Shown: positions 1 through 13,149 of the stretch, in pieces
Layout: each line of letters begins with the position of its first letter
How positions within the stretch are numbered: position 1 is the first letter of the stretch
NCBI GenBank assembly: GCA_010909165.1
Contig: VJWM01000011.1
Span: 1-64,000 of the forward strand
Source of the DNA: Anthoceros angustus
Taxonomy: Eukaryota; Plantae; Anthocerotophyta
DNA: 64,000 nucleotides
Direction of reading: 5' to 3'
Program-made: the position numbers and the translations under genes
The notes under the pieces: model-generated
Database searches by the model: none
The model's input: only the letters and a program-made list of their open reading frames with translations
Told to the model about the DNA's origin: nothing

Positions 1-121
1 GCATTTCGCAGGGAAACCGCTCATCACACCTCTCGATTTCTAGATCATTCCAGTAGAGTTACATCGGTGGCATACGTTCCTATGAAGACGCACATCTGAG
101 GAATGCTAGGCCTTGATTGTA

Positions 122-3100
122 CTATATGGAAACACTGTTCGGCACACCTCTCCCTGTCACGCCAGGCACCACCACTTGCTTGCCGTTCTTCTCCACGATC
201 TCCGTCCGCGGGTGCAGCAGGAGGTAGGGGATGACGGCTGCGCCGGTCCTCAGCTTCAGGTCCGGGTTCCTGTTCCTGCGATCTATTTCCGCTCCGACGG
301 CCTGGATGGCGGAGGAGAATCTGTCCAAGGCTGCCAGGGCGCGCTCGTCTTCCGTCCAGTGCGCAGGCCGCTCGCCGATGAATTCCTCGTCTCTAGAATG
401 GGTCGACAGCAGCTGCACTGTGGACATCAACTTGGTCGCCTGCACCTGGTTGGGGAGGGTTGCCAGGAAAAACGTCTCCGGTCTGGCCAGGAAGGCTTCG
501 TATTCTGGAGAGTTCTCTTCGGGAATGAGTCGTCTCGCCAGGGTCGGTCTGTTGGGGACGTATCCGCCGTAGGCATACTGCCCGAAGTTCACTGCGGCGT
601 GCTGTGCTGAGGAGACCCAGATGACGGTGGTCAGGATGTGGACCAGGGATTCGGTGCTCTTCAGCTCCGGCCACCAGGTCTCGTCTTGTTTGTCTGCGTG
701 CCCATCTCTTCTGATTTCCGTCCACCAGGCCTGCAGTTCGGTGTCCTCAACCACCTTGCTGTCCGTGTAGTAGATGGATACGTACTCTTCGACCCAGGAC
801 GTGATAGCGTCCCATATGAGGAGGCCGTCGGCTGCGTAGGGGTAGTCCTCGATGGCAAGCTGTAGTCCCCCTTGAGGAGTTTCCTCTGCCATCCCCCTGA
901 TATCCCGAGAGCCCTTCAGTCTCCATTTGCATCACCTATTGTGCACAGGATAACGTTGAAGGGAGTATGTACTAACCTTCGAATCAGATCGGCGGGGAGG
1001 CTTTCCTTGTCGAAACGCCAAGTGTGTTTGTAGATAGCCGAGCTGATTTCCATGGAGTACTTACCCGGCGTGAACGTCTGCTCAATCGTACCTCCGGCGG
1101 AAATGAGGGCGAGTCTGGCCGCTCCATTGATCTGCAAAGTGTAGCGGAAATGATCGTGAAGTAACTTGGCAATAGGGTGTAAGGCACTCAGTTGCCTCTT
1201 GGTGGCGAGGATGTAGGGCTCCGTGCAGGCATGCGTCCTGAGCCTGGAATTCCATGTGCATGGGCACAGTTAGAAAATGAAGGACCGAGAAGCAGCAGCA
1301 AGCAAGGAGGTTCTGGGAAGTGAGATCAACCAATGTGACGCCAACTGGTGAATTCCAGCGTCGACTGCACAGAAATGAATCTTGGCGAGTAGCCAGAGCC
1401 ATGAGTTTGTGGCGCCTTCTCCAGGAGTGAACACCTGCTTGCGCCCCTCGGTGCCAGCCACTGGAGGAAGGCTCAGCTCTATAGCCACTGGCTGAAATAT
1501 CCCTCCAGAAGTGTAAAAGAAGATGACTCGACTTGCGTACGTTTTCTGTCCTGAAGAGCGTTGATTCTGTTTACGAAAGGCAGATACAGATCATGGTTGT
1601 CGACAATGTAGAGCCTTTTGTCTTCAATGGCCTGAGATAGGAAACAGCCACGGGTATCAGATACAAGCACATCCACCAACTAATGTGACAACGTTCAAGC
1701 AGTACCCTGTTCTTACTTGCTCCACAGAGAGACCCTCTAAGTTCTTCTCCAAGTGTTCCTTGGTCAGTGCTGATTCTTTCCGTCCATAAACTTTGGTATC
1801 CAGAGAACTTTCTGGAGGAAAGACCTGTGAAAAACCTCCGTGCTTTCAGTACAAAGTTAGCATGAAATTTGGCACCGTGCCAGTAGGGTAATATCTCTAC
1901 AAGGTGTTCCCAGAATTTACCTTGAGGCGCTCCACGACAACAGGGTTCACGCCTGCTAAGACTTGGCGACCAAACTCGTCATCTCGCATCCACCTGAATT
2001 TGTCACCTGTTGTGTACACAGGATTGTGAATATATATGCAACTCAATGTGCCTTCAAGCTAGGGTAACGGCCACAGCCATTAGCACAAGGCTTACCCTCC
2101 ACAACCAAGGGAGATGGGTACACCAACCCGCTGTCTGCGTCCTTCTCTCCAGAAATGGTGAAGATTTTTCTTGCTACACTGAAGAAGCCGTCGATGAACC
2201 CATTCGAATATATTTCCTGCTCGTCATACTTGAACAAATCGTCTATGTCATCGAAAGTGTCAAACTCCGTCGGTGTGGCCGTGTTTTTGGTGAGCGATGC
2301 CGGCAAAAGTTGCTGCACGAGGGCCTTCAAGCTTCCGGCAACAAAATCCGCCTGCTTCACATCTAAAAATGCCTCATCACGAGGCACGTAGTTGCTACCG
2401 GTAGGTGGCTCCACGGTTTCCTTGGAAGGATCTGGAGTAGGACAACGACATGTCAACCACACTACAACACCGAAGTGGGATGCAGGAGAAGGAGTGCTTC
2501 ATCCAGCCTGGCTCGGCTGAGAGGTTGTTGAGCTTCGAAAGCTAGGATTGTCCTAGAGATCAACAGGAAGTACTAGAGACTGCACCTGTATTAGTTGGTG
2601 GACGCCCAGTCCTGCATCTGCGGGGGTAAGGCAGATCCTCATTCCCACCAAGAATGGGCCTTGCCAGATCCTCATTTGCATCACCATTACCCAAGTCATT
2701 GTACACATCGTACTCATAAATACGCTCCCACGTCTTCCTAACGCCGCTGCCGTTCCCTCTCACACTGGCGAGCTGCGTTTCTCGAACTTCCTTCAAACCA
2801 GCTGGGGTGTCCCCTGGTAGGTAGGCCTGGAAACAAAAGGAGATAAAGAGATCCCGCAGGAAATATCAAGCTCCATCCAGGCTCCACAGTGTTCCTTAAA
2901 TCAAAGTTGTTCCGCAGATGAGCCTCACCGCGTTCCTGAAGAAGACCCTCTTCTCTGGGAGCTTTTCAAAACTGTCCACGTACGAGGAACACGGAAAGTA
3001 GTAGGTCTGCGAGGTTTCCACTGATGTCAACGAGATTGTCTTGATGTAGACCTCAGTTTTATGCTTGTTCACAACAGTGATTGCCCCTGGAATACCGAAG

Positions 3101-3805
3101 CTCCCATCCACCGAGAACTCAGCTGTATACTCCACATCCGTTCCGCTTCCCCAGGCATGCTCCAACCAATTTGTCAAATGACTCTCCTTACTCCGCTTCC
3201 CAAACCCAGTCGCTGCAATAGCAATCACAGGCAGAGCTTTAGTGTTTCGGAACCAGGATCCCGAAGAGGTCAAAATATGGAGGAGCAAGTCCTATGATTC
3301 CATAGGGCTGAGCAAATGTTGTCTGAATGTAATACTGCTCCTCGCACAACATGAGATTACCTGGATCAATCTCTTCACTGATTAGCTCAAGCAAAACACG
3401 CTGGCCAAAAACGTCCGCAATCGCATCAGTAGCGATATCCAGACGGCTGTTGAGCTCGTCTCTGATTGCCCCGCCTTTCTGCTTCAGGAGGTCTCCAACG
3501 AAATCCGGATTGATCTTCCTGGTAGCTGAGACGACCGCCTTGTAGGTGACTTTACCCGGAAAGGAGACCCGCGGCACCTGCAAAGCCGGGGTTGCCCTCT
3601 CTGCCAAAGAGGAAACCGCTACATCTGGCCGGGACACACATTTTCCAGAAATGGCAGCACCATGAAACTGCTCCGAGGACTGTAGAAAACGACTCAACCG
3701 CCGCCGCTCCTTCAAGGAGCACACGCTCCTGGCGGGAGGTGAACTCGAGGAAGTCCCGCAGCGGACATCTGAGACCGCCAGCGTTGGCTGCAAAGCGTGC
3801 ACCAT
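122..3805 (-). CDS. LOX: Plastid-type (type II) 13S-lipoxygenase; 9 exons (3361-3805, 2929-3212, 2586-2826, 2096-2431, 1921-2006, 1717-1824, 1331-1631, 977-1243, 122-896); apparent 1-bp deletion at ~1542-1545
   Basis: The spliced translation contains the Fe ligands [11 protein letters not shown] and [10 protein letters not shown], the C-terminal ...GVPNSVSI*, and [25 protein letters not shown] and YPRRCRTGR. All introns are GT-AG. An S/R/A-rich N-terminal extension from the ATG at 3805 resembles a transit peptide. The TF pair in [10 protein letters not shown] and the Ala in LISAGG match 13S-type specificity positions. Confidence 0.95.
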
Positions 3806-4788
3806 TGTTGCTCCCGCCGGCCAAACAAACAATCCTGTCCAACAGCAAGGAACGTGCACTTCAGTACAAGGACTCGAATCCCCCGTCTCATTTTCCTGAC
3901 GCACCCTTGCCTCCTTCCACACTTGTCGAGTGCTATACTAAAACCAGCAGAAAAGAAATTGCTGGCCGGAATACTCTCTCCGGCATTCTGATTTAGGCAG
4001 TCAACAAGCATGGAGAAGGTCCAAATACTTGTTGTGATGCAGACCTTCCGCCGCAATCAGAACAATCCTTCAACTGCAACACGAATGCACAACTCCAAGG
4101 AGACTGATCGATGACCAGCGCACCTTTTCACCAGAGACGATCAGCACGGAACAATGGCAAGGAATACTAAACTGCTTACCAGGCGCGCAACGAATCAATT
4201 GGATTTGTGACAGCTGCAAGAGGGTCTTCAACCACTCGTGTCCTCAATAATATCAACTGTAGTACAGCACGGACTCTCCTTCCTGCTAGAATGCGCACAA
4301 TGGCTGGGCCCGGAATTCTCATCCAGCAACGAGAGAATGAGCAGCTCGCTTCTCCCGCAGAAAAACAGAGAGAGGCAGGCCCGCACCAGCCAAGCTCCGG
4401 AGCGACGAGCTGGTCTCAGACTCTTGAAGAGACCTTCGTTCAATCAATGACGAGAGCTCTCTGCGACGGGCCGAACGATCCGCGAACCACAACCCTTCCG
4501 AATGCACCCAACCAAGTCGGGCAGTGCGGGAGGCGAAACCTTTCGCCAAATCAGTCAAACAGCGTTTTCTGTGTTCACCAACCAAGTGGCCGGTTTCGCC
4601 CCATTCGCCGCCCACGTGGTATGCTGCCGCCCATCTCTCCCACTCGCACATGGTGAAAACAGGCAAACTCATGGCGGGCTGATACCCTTGTCCTTGTACA
4701 CGCTGATCTTTGCGCACGATGATCGAGGAACAACGTGTTTGATTTGCTTTAACTGTAGGATCACACGCCGACAAGAAGACCAGAGAGG

Positions 4789-7700
4789 TCAGTGGGCGAA
4801 TTTGCCCCTTTCTTGCTGGGGCAGGAGAGCTTTTTCTATGTCGTCGTCCTCTGCCTGGTACTGTACTTCCTGAGCTGGAGGACTGGCAGTGGGACGTCTC
4901 TTAGCATGAGGTGCAGTGGAGCTGGAGGCGGCCGACCTGTGCAAGGCAGTTGAGGAACGTTCGTACTCCCATGGGAGCAGCAGGGAGTTGGCCATCACTC
5001 CCAAGGAGCTTGCAGCCATGAGCGCACCAGCGATGGACGGGGTCAGCATAGTGTTTGTGATTGGAAGAAGCACACCGGCGGCTACTGGAAGTCCCACCTG
5101 CCAGATGAATGGGTACCAGGGTCGGCATCAGGAATCAGACACTAGGTGCATCACGCAAAAGGTATGTGGATGTGGATGTACATGTGGATGGATGTGATAC
5201 TTACGATGTTGTACATGAAGGCCCACAACAGGTTCTGCCTGATCTTTCTCAACGTTACTCGGCTGAGCTCGATGGCATCCACCACCTGAAGCACCTGGGT
5301 GTTAGGTCTGGAGCAAGTACGCGATGGATGAGCTGAAGTGGAGAAGTGGGGAACCTGAGCCAGCCTGTCGCCCATGAGGACAATTGATGCAACTTCACTT
5401 GCAGCTCCTACTCCTCCAGCCATGGCAATGCCCACGTCTGCTTGAGCTAGTGCAGCGGCGTCGTTGACGCCGTCACCCACCATTGCCACTCTCTGGTTGG
5501 CTTGCTGAAGTTGCCTGATGAACTGGGCTTTGCCAGAAGGCTTCACTTCAGCATGCACCTGCATCCACAGGTTGCAGCTCATCACACTGTGGATGCTGAA
5601 GTATGCTGTAGACCAGGGGCTGAGAGTCTCTTGGGGTGGACAGTGACCTGCTCGGTGTCGATGCCAATCTCCAAAGCAACAGCTTCTGCCGCAGTCATTT
5701 TGTCCCCAGATAGCATTACTGACTTGATACCCAAGCTTTTGAGGGCCCGTATGGTCTCCGAGGCATCGTCCCTCACATCATCTCGCATGGTGATTGCGCC
5801 TGCGATGCGGTCGTCCACTCCAACATACACCGTAGTCTGCCCTTGCTCACCTGGTTCTGAGGCCGTGCCCCGTGCTCCATATCTGTGAGCCCAAACAGAT
5901 GCAAGGGGTGAGATAAAAGTAAGCAAATCAGTTGAAGGGGAGCTAGTGGCATGTTCTATCCCACCTTTGGACCCACTCCAAAGTTCCTACAGTTACTCTC
6001 TTGCCTTCCACTATAGCAGTCGCTCCAGATCCAGGCTCCTGTTCGAAGGATTGTTCCTTCACCTGTAACACACATTGACAAGTGTTCAATCAGGGCAACC
6101 ACACGTGCATCTTTCATGTCGCGGAAAAAGCCATGTCACAAGAATTGGTGAGTCAACCTTCATTGGAAGGGACTTACTGAAACAGTTCGGCAGCCGGCCT
6201 CAGCAGCTGCCTGTACAAGAGCTCTTGCAATGGGATGTGATGTTGTCCTCTCTACACCAGCGGCCAGAGCCAGCAATTCCAGTTCTGGCCCCTCTCTTTG
6301 CAGCCTGTATCCACTGCAAACTCCAAACCTCACCAACTGCGGATATAACACATACATGTACGGGGGACGAGGCAGCTGACATTCCTTACTTTGGACGTTG
6401 GAGCAATGTGCCATCCTGCACCTCCGCAGCTTCAATGGGGCTGGCAACCACATTCGTAACAACCGGTTTGCCGATTGTCAGAGTTCCTGTTTTATCAAAG
6501 ACCACTGTGTCAAGACCTGAGGCCTCCTCCAGTATGTCTCCTCCACGAATAAACAAGCCCCTTCGTGCTCCAAGAGATGTGCCCACCTAACCATATCAGA
6601 CTTGCAAGTTACGCCTCTGCCCATCTTTGCCATTCCCAACAAATCAGACATTTGCATAAATAGAGATGCCCACCAGAACTGCCGTCGGAGTCGCAAGTCC
6701 TAAAGCACAAGGACAAGCAATGACCTGCAAATGAGGGAAGGTTAGCCAAAAGCCAACCAATTTGATTGATGCTGTCAGAAACCAAACTCAAAGCAGATCA
6801 AAGTAGCACTTACCAAAACGTTGCAGGCAAGTTGAAGACCTAGCAAAAAGGCCTGGCTCTGCGGCACCACGGCTGGGAACAACTGAGGCCCTAGCAAGCT
6901 CCAAAATCCAAAAGTTGCAGCAGAGAGGGCCATCACCCCATAACAAAACCGTCCTGCCACCTATAACACCTCAGACATCAGCTTTCAACTTACACGGCTT
7001 TCTATAGACAGCAGTCTCTTTGACGCTACACTCCTGCTGCAATTAAAATTCGCCTTGTGCTCTAGACGAACCTGATCAGCCAAACGTTGGACCGGGGCTT
7101 CTCTGGTCTGGGCATCTTCCACCATCCTTACAATGTCTCCCACTACAGATTCACCGCCTGCTCTTGCAGTTTCTACAGTTAATGTACCATTGTAGTTCAC
7201 AGTCCCTGCGCTCACTTCATCCTGCCAGATGTTGTGATATTAGGTCTCCCCACCAAACAATGGCCTGACACAAAGCTAGAGAGATACGTTCGGAGCCACG
7301 CACTCCTGATTGTTTTAACACCGGCAAGGGTTCACCAGTCAGGCTGGACTCGTCTACAGTGCTCCGTCCTTCTCGAACTACTCCATCAACCGGAATGCGG
7401 TCCTAACACAGGCACATCATAAGCTTAGACCAATCCCTTGAAGCATCATGAGATCCTCCTCAGACGTGCTGCAGGCTGTCACAAACCAGTACTACCCCTG
7501 TTCAGAGAATAGAATTACCCCAGGTAGAACGAGTACTGCATCTCCAACTGAAAGAGCACTACAAGGGACTTCTTCAACTGTGGGATGACCATCAGGTTTC
7601 AACCCCATCAGAAGGCGGGCTTTGGAAGGTAGCAAGTTCAAAAGTGCTGCCATGTCACTGGTCGCTCTCAACTTTGCCCTCTCTTCTACGGCCCTTCCCA

Positions 7701-9976
7701 GCAGCACAAAAGCTAGCAGCATCACTGGCTCCTCAAAGAAAGCTTGCCAACCCTGAGCCAGAAACCAGCAAAGCAGCTCTTTAGCATGCAAAACACAAAG
7801 CAAGACAGCAACAAATAGGAGTATCACCCTCTTTTCTCAGCATACTTCTAAAGCAGAGTCCAAGTGGAAGAGCCTTGCCAGATGTGGGAGGAGAAGGGCT
7901 GCTGAGCTGACAGTGAAGGAAGAAACTGCTCCCAAGCCTACCAACGTATTCATATTTGGCGACTTTCTCCAAAAGCTTTTCCATCCATCGACAAGCAACT
8001 TCCGACCAGGCCCAGCAAGAGCAGCGAAGGATAGGGCAGCATGGAAGCCAGTAGAGTGGAGAACATGAAGCCAGGCTGGAGCGCTATGAGCAAAGAAATG
8101 AGCAGTGTGGCCGACAAGGCAAGCTGCAGCAAGAGTCCAAGCTGCAGCCAGTCTTCTACCTACATGATAGTCACACTATTAGTTGACGTCCAGGGCAAAC
8201 AAGACGTCCAACATCTCAGATGCATTGTACCACAAAGGGCCCGCTTCGATAGTAACTTATGCCTTCAACAACAGCTAGAGCCTTGTCAACCTCCATCAAG
8301 GTTCACTCTGTATTTACCACTATCTTTCAAGCGGGTGAGCCGCTCCTGTCGCTTCCGCAAAGCTGCTGGAGTAACAGTACCTCCCACAACCCCTTGGCCT
8401 GCCAAAAGAAAAACACCAAGCCCGCAGTCAGTTATCCGAAGAACTACAAGGATTTTCAGCTCATAGAATCAGCAAGCACCTCAAAATATCACAGTGGGAT
8501 GCATACATCTGCCAAGGCACGTGAGAAGTGTTGAAACATGTCCCCACTTCACGGAGTGGCTATGGAAAACTCCTGACAGAGGATGGATGCAAAGAACAGT
8601 CATGAACTATGATCTTGCATTGATTGATTAATCCTTGTTTCTTGTACACAAAAGTGAAGATTTCACTGATAAATCCTGACTATGCTTACACATTTGGTCA
8701 GCCGAGAAATACAGTACTATTCTCTAGGTCAATGACAAAATTGGGGTTTGTATCAGACTCTGGTCCAAGAGTCCCAACAGCAGCAGCTACGAGCTATCAC
8801 TAGGTACTCAGCACCAGGTAAAGCTCCCACAAGCAAAGCTGTGGACAAGATATGCCAAGGCTGAGATATCAAGAGACACCCCGCCAAATGAATTCAAAGG
8901 GAAGCTTGGAAGTGGGAGCAGGACCTGCACTTGACTTCTTCCTTCAAAACACTCCTTCTGCAATCCACCCATGCAGACAGCAGTTCAGTACTAGGGCAAG
9001 GCTGAGAGAAAAAGGCTTGTCACTCTGGACTATGAGCCGGGCTTCCCTCCCCACATCCTTCCCCCTCGCACTATCTCACACTTGTGGGCATCCAACCTAC
9101 AATCATTCGAGTCCAGCAGCTACACATCCCACAAAACCCACAACCGCTAACTCCTCACCTCTGACGGTGGACTTGAACCCGCAGCTGGTAAGATGCTTTG
9201 CAAGGAACTCGGCCAGCTCCCTTTTCGCATTGTCCAAAGCACTGGGCTGCTCGGCATCGGAGTTAACCCGCACGAGCGCCGTCTCGGTGGCCAAATTCAC
9301 GACAGCAGACGAAACTTGCGGCTGCTCCACACAGCCCACTCCTCAGAATCCAGCGCCCACAAAACGATGCCACCACCCACAACACGAAACATCCCACCCC
9401 GACCATCCCCGTACCTGCGCTTCCAGAATTTTCTTCACCGACGCCGCGCACCCGCCGCAGGACATCCCTGCACAAAACCCACAAAACCTTCAGCGTCCGA
9501 GCCCGCAACAGCAAAACCCACAACCCGTCCGCCACCACCCCGACGTCCAGCACGATGACCTCCTCCGCGGGACCCAAGGGCACGGCGTCGTCGGAGTCCG
9601 CCCGATGGCCTGCCCTCGGCTGCGGCGGCTCGGAAGCCGTCTCCCGCCGCCCCGCCCCGCTGCCCCGGGAAGCCCTTCCCGCCCCGCCGGAGCCCGACGC
9701 CAGGAAATGCACGCGGTGTGCAGCAGCCGCTGGCTGCGGCTCTGGCAGCGGCACGGCAGCGGCAACAGGCTGGCGGCCTTGAGCACCAGGCCGGCCCGGG
9801 CCTGCCAGCCCAGCTCCCGCCGTGCGGCAGCGACATGGCCAGCTTAGCCACCCAGGCCTGGCCGGGCCCCAGGCCCAGCGGGAGCAATGCGCCAGCATCC
9901 TCAGCCTGGCCGCCGACACCTGCAGCGGCCACATTGTGGCCGGGAGCACCGCCTGCCTCGCCGCGCACGCCTCCAT
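4789..9976 (-). CDS. PAA1: P1B-1 copper-transporting ATPase, chloroplast envelope PAA1/HMA6-like; 17 exons (9539-9976, 9415-9467, 9159-9321, 8318-8398, 7879-8159, 7519-7752, 7304-7402, 7072-7221, 6814-6960, 6674-6724, 6390-6586, 6178-6304, 5965-6062, 5648-5882, 5355-5558, 5205-5285, 4789-5097)
   Basis: Motifs read from the exons: [22 protein letters not shown] (HMA domain), [84 protein letters not shown] and [15 protein letters not shown] (the last closer to PAA1 than to PAA2). There is a transit-peptide-like N-terminus. One base is missing at the exon 1/2 junction. Confidence 0.92.
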
Positions 9977-10668
9977 GAGAGTGAGGCGCAGCGATTCGGG
10001 CCGCCCTGGGCGTCTCTCACCCGATGCCGCTTCTGCCGATCAGGCCCCGCCCCGCCTGGACCTCGTCCTCGTCCTCGTCCTTGCCCTGGGCCTCGGCCTC
10101 GGCCTCGTCCGCGCTCTCGTTCTCGATCGGCAGCTGAATCTGGCCTTCCGAAACACCCACCTCCGAGGGGGCTTCATGGCGCGAGGAAAGTGGGAGGCAA
10201 TCATGCAATCAGGACGTACAGGCATATTATCTATACATATTATGAACACCCGCTCCACGTAGCTGTGTACATAATAGCTGCCCTTTGCTTCCGGATAGGG
10301 TTTTTTTTGTTTAGTGGAACCTTTCCACATAGCTGTCACTTTGAAGTTGCGATCTTTTTTCAAGCACCTTAGTTTTAGTAGTGCCACTCCATGCAGCTCT
10401 TTGTGAACAAGGATGGAGATTGAGTTGTGGTGTTTCTACCATGATAATTATCATCGGTCTGAGTTGCATCCAACCATATGTCCGGATAAATCAAATACCA
10501 ACTCCTGCTCCGTGAATTTTGGCAGCCATTCCCACCTCCCCGATCCTACACGATGCAGAGCATTTTTGCTCAAGGTCTGCTACATTGCTGATTGCTTCTT
10601 GAGCAAACTGGAGGGGAAGTAGAAGAACACAATGGATCGAGCAATCTGAAAAATGGGGTCAGTAAATG

Positions 10669-10756
10669 CCTCTTTCATGTGTCAAACATTTGAGAAGAGG
10701 AAATTCAAGCCCCCTCTTTCATGTGTCAAACATTTGAGAAGAGGAAATTCAGGCCC
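10669..10756. repeat. 44-bp tandem duplication
   Basis: cctctttcatgtgtcaaacatttgagaagaggaaattca(a/g)gccc occurs at 10669 and again at 10713. Confidence 0.85.
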
Positions 10757-11598
10757 CCTCAACCCACATGAGAGGAGAACTAGTTGTGTTTGTGGGGATC
10801 TTGAAGCATCTTCGGCTTCGATGTGGCCCGGCATCTCATCAATAAGATTTTTTTTTTAGGCAAAAACCTACATATCCAGCAGAGGCTCAGCATACTTCGC
10901 TCAAAAGTCCGCAAAGAACACGCTCCCCAAATATGCCCCAAACAACTCGAATTGAGTTGGTTTGGCGTTTAGGAGTTAAGTAGCTTCTCTTGGTATAAGA
11001 AGCTCTTTCAGGGGGAGCAATATGAAAGATCAACCAAGATTTAGAAGCAACCAAATTATAAATGTCCTTCCACTCTTTAGAAATGGCTTGGATTTGGGTA
11101 ACATAAAAAATCTATATGTAAATGGTAATAAGTTTTTATATATAGCGTACTACATACGATATGATTCCATGACCCACAATTTCAATAGCTTCATCAATAT
11201 TTGCACGCACCCATCTTACGGAATGCCACTTTTTTATTTATGACGGTCCCAAGTATAGAGATGTACAATAGTGAACAAAAGTCTACAAGTATAAAGACCT
11301 TCCACTACACTATATTATGGTGTTGAGTAACGGGTCACATAGGTTACTCTTCTACAAAGAAAGAAAGAAATAAGCAGGCACATGGAGAAACTATGAACAA
11401 GTGCATATTTCATGTATTTTAAATCTAAATCTTTTACATAGATTTACCCCGAGTTTGAGAATTTGATCTCTTTTATCTTTAATTACACTAAAACAATTAA
11501 TAGTTACCTTAAATACTTCATCTATTGGTTTGACTTCACAAGAATTTTGTGGTTTCTTACACCTTAGCTGATGTCATATTTGTAGCACGTAAGATTAA

Positions 11599-11942
11599 TA
11601 TATGGATAATGAATGTGATGTCTTGTGTATAAATGACAATATAGATGGTGTCCATAAGGAAATAAATACATATCTCTATATTCATAGATAGTATCATGAA
11701 ATTGTCCGATATACTTATGTAAACAACCTCGAAATCTGAAAAGCCCAATGCTCCATTGCACAAAAAAAACTATATGGATAATGAATGTGATGTCTTGTGT
11801 ATGAATGACAATATAATTGGCGTCCAGAAGGAAATAAATACATATCTCTATATTCATAAATAGTATCATAAAATTTGTCCCATATACTTACGTAAACAAC
11901 CTCGAAAACTGAAAAGCCCAATGTTCCATAGCATAAAAAAAC
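11599..11942. repeat. ~172-bp AT-rich tandem repeat, 2 copies
   Basis: tatatggataatgaatgtgatgtcttgtgtat...gaaaagcccaatg starts at 11599 and 11771. The ORF-track peptides here are mutually similar shadow ORFs. Confidence 0.85.
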
Positions 11943-12055
11943 AATATGCTCTTCCACAAGATCGCGTTTAAATACATACGTTGCTTAAAACATGATCAAT
12001 TCCTTACGAAAAATGTAGCAGCCCACTACTTGTAATGTCTAACTGCCCTTCTCGA

Positions 12056-12198
12056 TCAATTACTTTCTCCCGATTGCCCTTTTTAATTTATTACTTTTTT
12101 CTGATTGCCCTCTTTAATTTATTACTTTTTTCTGATTGCCCTTTTTAATTTATTACTTTTTTCTGATTGCTCTTTTTAATTTATTACTTTTTTCTGAT
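12056..12198. repeat. ~30-bp minisatellite, ~5 copies
   Basis: Repeated ttattacttttttctgattgccc(t/c)ttttaat. Confidence 0.8.
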
Positions 12199-12846
12199 AA
12201 TTATTCTTCTTTTTTATTCATAACTTTCTTTCGACAATCAATAGATACTCATCTACAAGCCATCTTTTTCCCATAGTACGTATCTATGTTAGGTAGCTTG
12301 TTTCAATATTTCATGAGTGGTAGAAGATTTTAGGTTTTGAAATCTCCACACCTAGTTCCAACTATGTAGGAAAGCCTTGCTTTCATTTCCCTTACTATCC
12401 AGACTCACGGGGCTATGGGGAAGGATTTTTCAAAGAATAAAGGGGTTGTGCTAAAGCTTACCACACCCGTGAGAATAGGGTAGGTGTACCCATATATGTG
12501 TGGCAGCTTTCTTCCATCATCGCCTTGCAGAGGGCATTGGCTGATGCTCTTGTCCTTTAAAGATGACTTCGAATACGGGAAAAGCTGCATTTTTAGGTTT
12601 GCTGGTAAGTAGGCTCTTCCATATTCCAAACTAGGACATCTTGGGAGCTACAAGTAGCTTCATGGTAGACAATCGCAAGGCTAGTCCCTCTTGGCTTTAG
12701 GCCCTCTTGTAGGTTGTTCCTCGCGACTCCATGTAGGTGAGACTTTCTGTCTCTACATATTTTATGATGAATTCTACGTTCCCACTAAGTGTTTATTCAA
12801 GTTTTATTTTTTATATCTTAAAATTATACCTCTATATTTCTATGGG

Positions 12847-13135
12847 TGTCACAAGTGACCCATGGCATTTCACCAGCCATGCATTCCCGGCAAGAGTGCT
12901 AAGGCGAAGATAGCTTCGGGTACCACCTCCTTCCTAGGTCAAAAACGTGGACATTCTGAAACGGCGTAGGATACGGAGGCTTCGACATTAACCAGAGGGT
13001 AATTAAGTAGTTGAAATGGGGTTCTTGGCAGAACCCCGCTCCATGTACAAGAGACCAAGACACGGAAATAAAAGCAGCCATTCTCGTGCCCAACTAGAGT
13101 TCACGTCAAGCAGTCTTAGGATCGGAGACGTGACA
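12847..13135 (+). repeat. 5' LTR (289 bp)
   Basis: tgtcacaag...gacgtgaca; differs from the 3' LTR by 7 substitutions and no indels (manual comparison). Confidence 0.95.
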
Positions 13136-13137
13136 TT

Positions 13138-13149
13138 TGGTATCAGAGC
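13138..13149 (+). promoter_or_regulatory. Primer-binding site complementary to initiator tRNA-Met
   Basis: TGGTATCAGAGC, 2 nt after the 5' LTR. Confidence 0.92.

Noticed and set aside
113-610. Antisense and alternative-frame ORFs over LOX (and similar ones over PAA1, catalase and the 34-38 kb gene)
   Set aside because: Shadow ORFs expected in GC-rich coding DNA.
10017-10387. Upstream ORFs or a separate gene 5' of PAA1
   Set aside because: Short low-complexity ORFs driven by cctcgt/cctcgg repeats; no domain or splice support.
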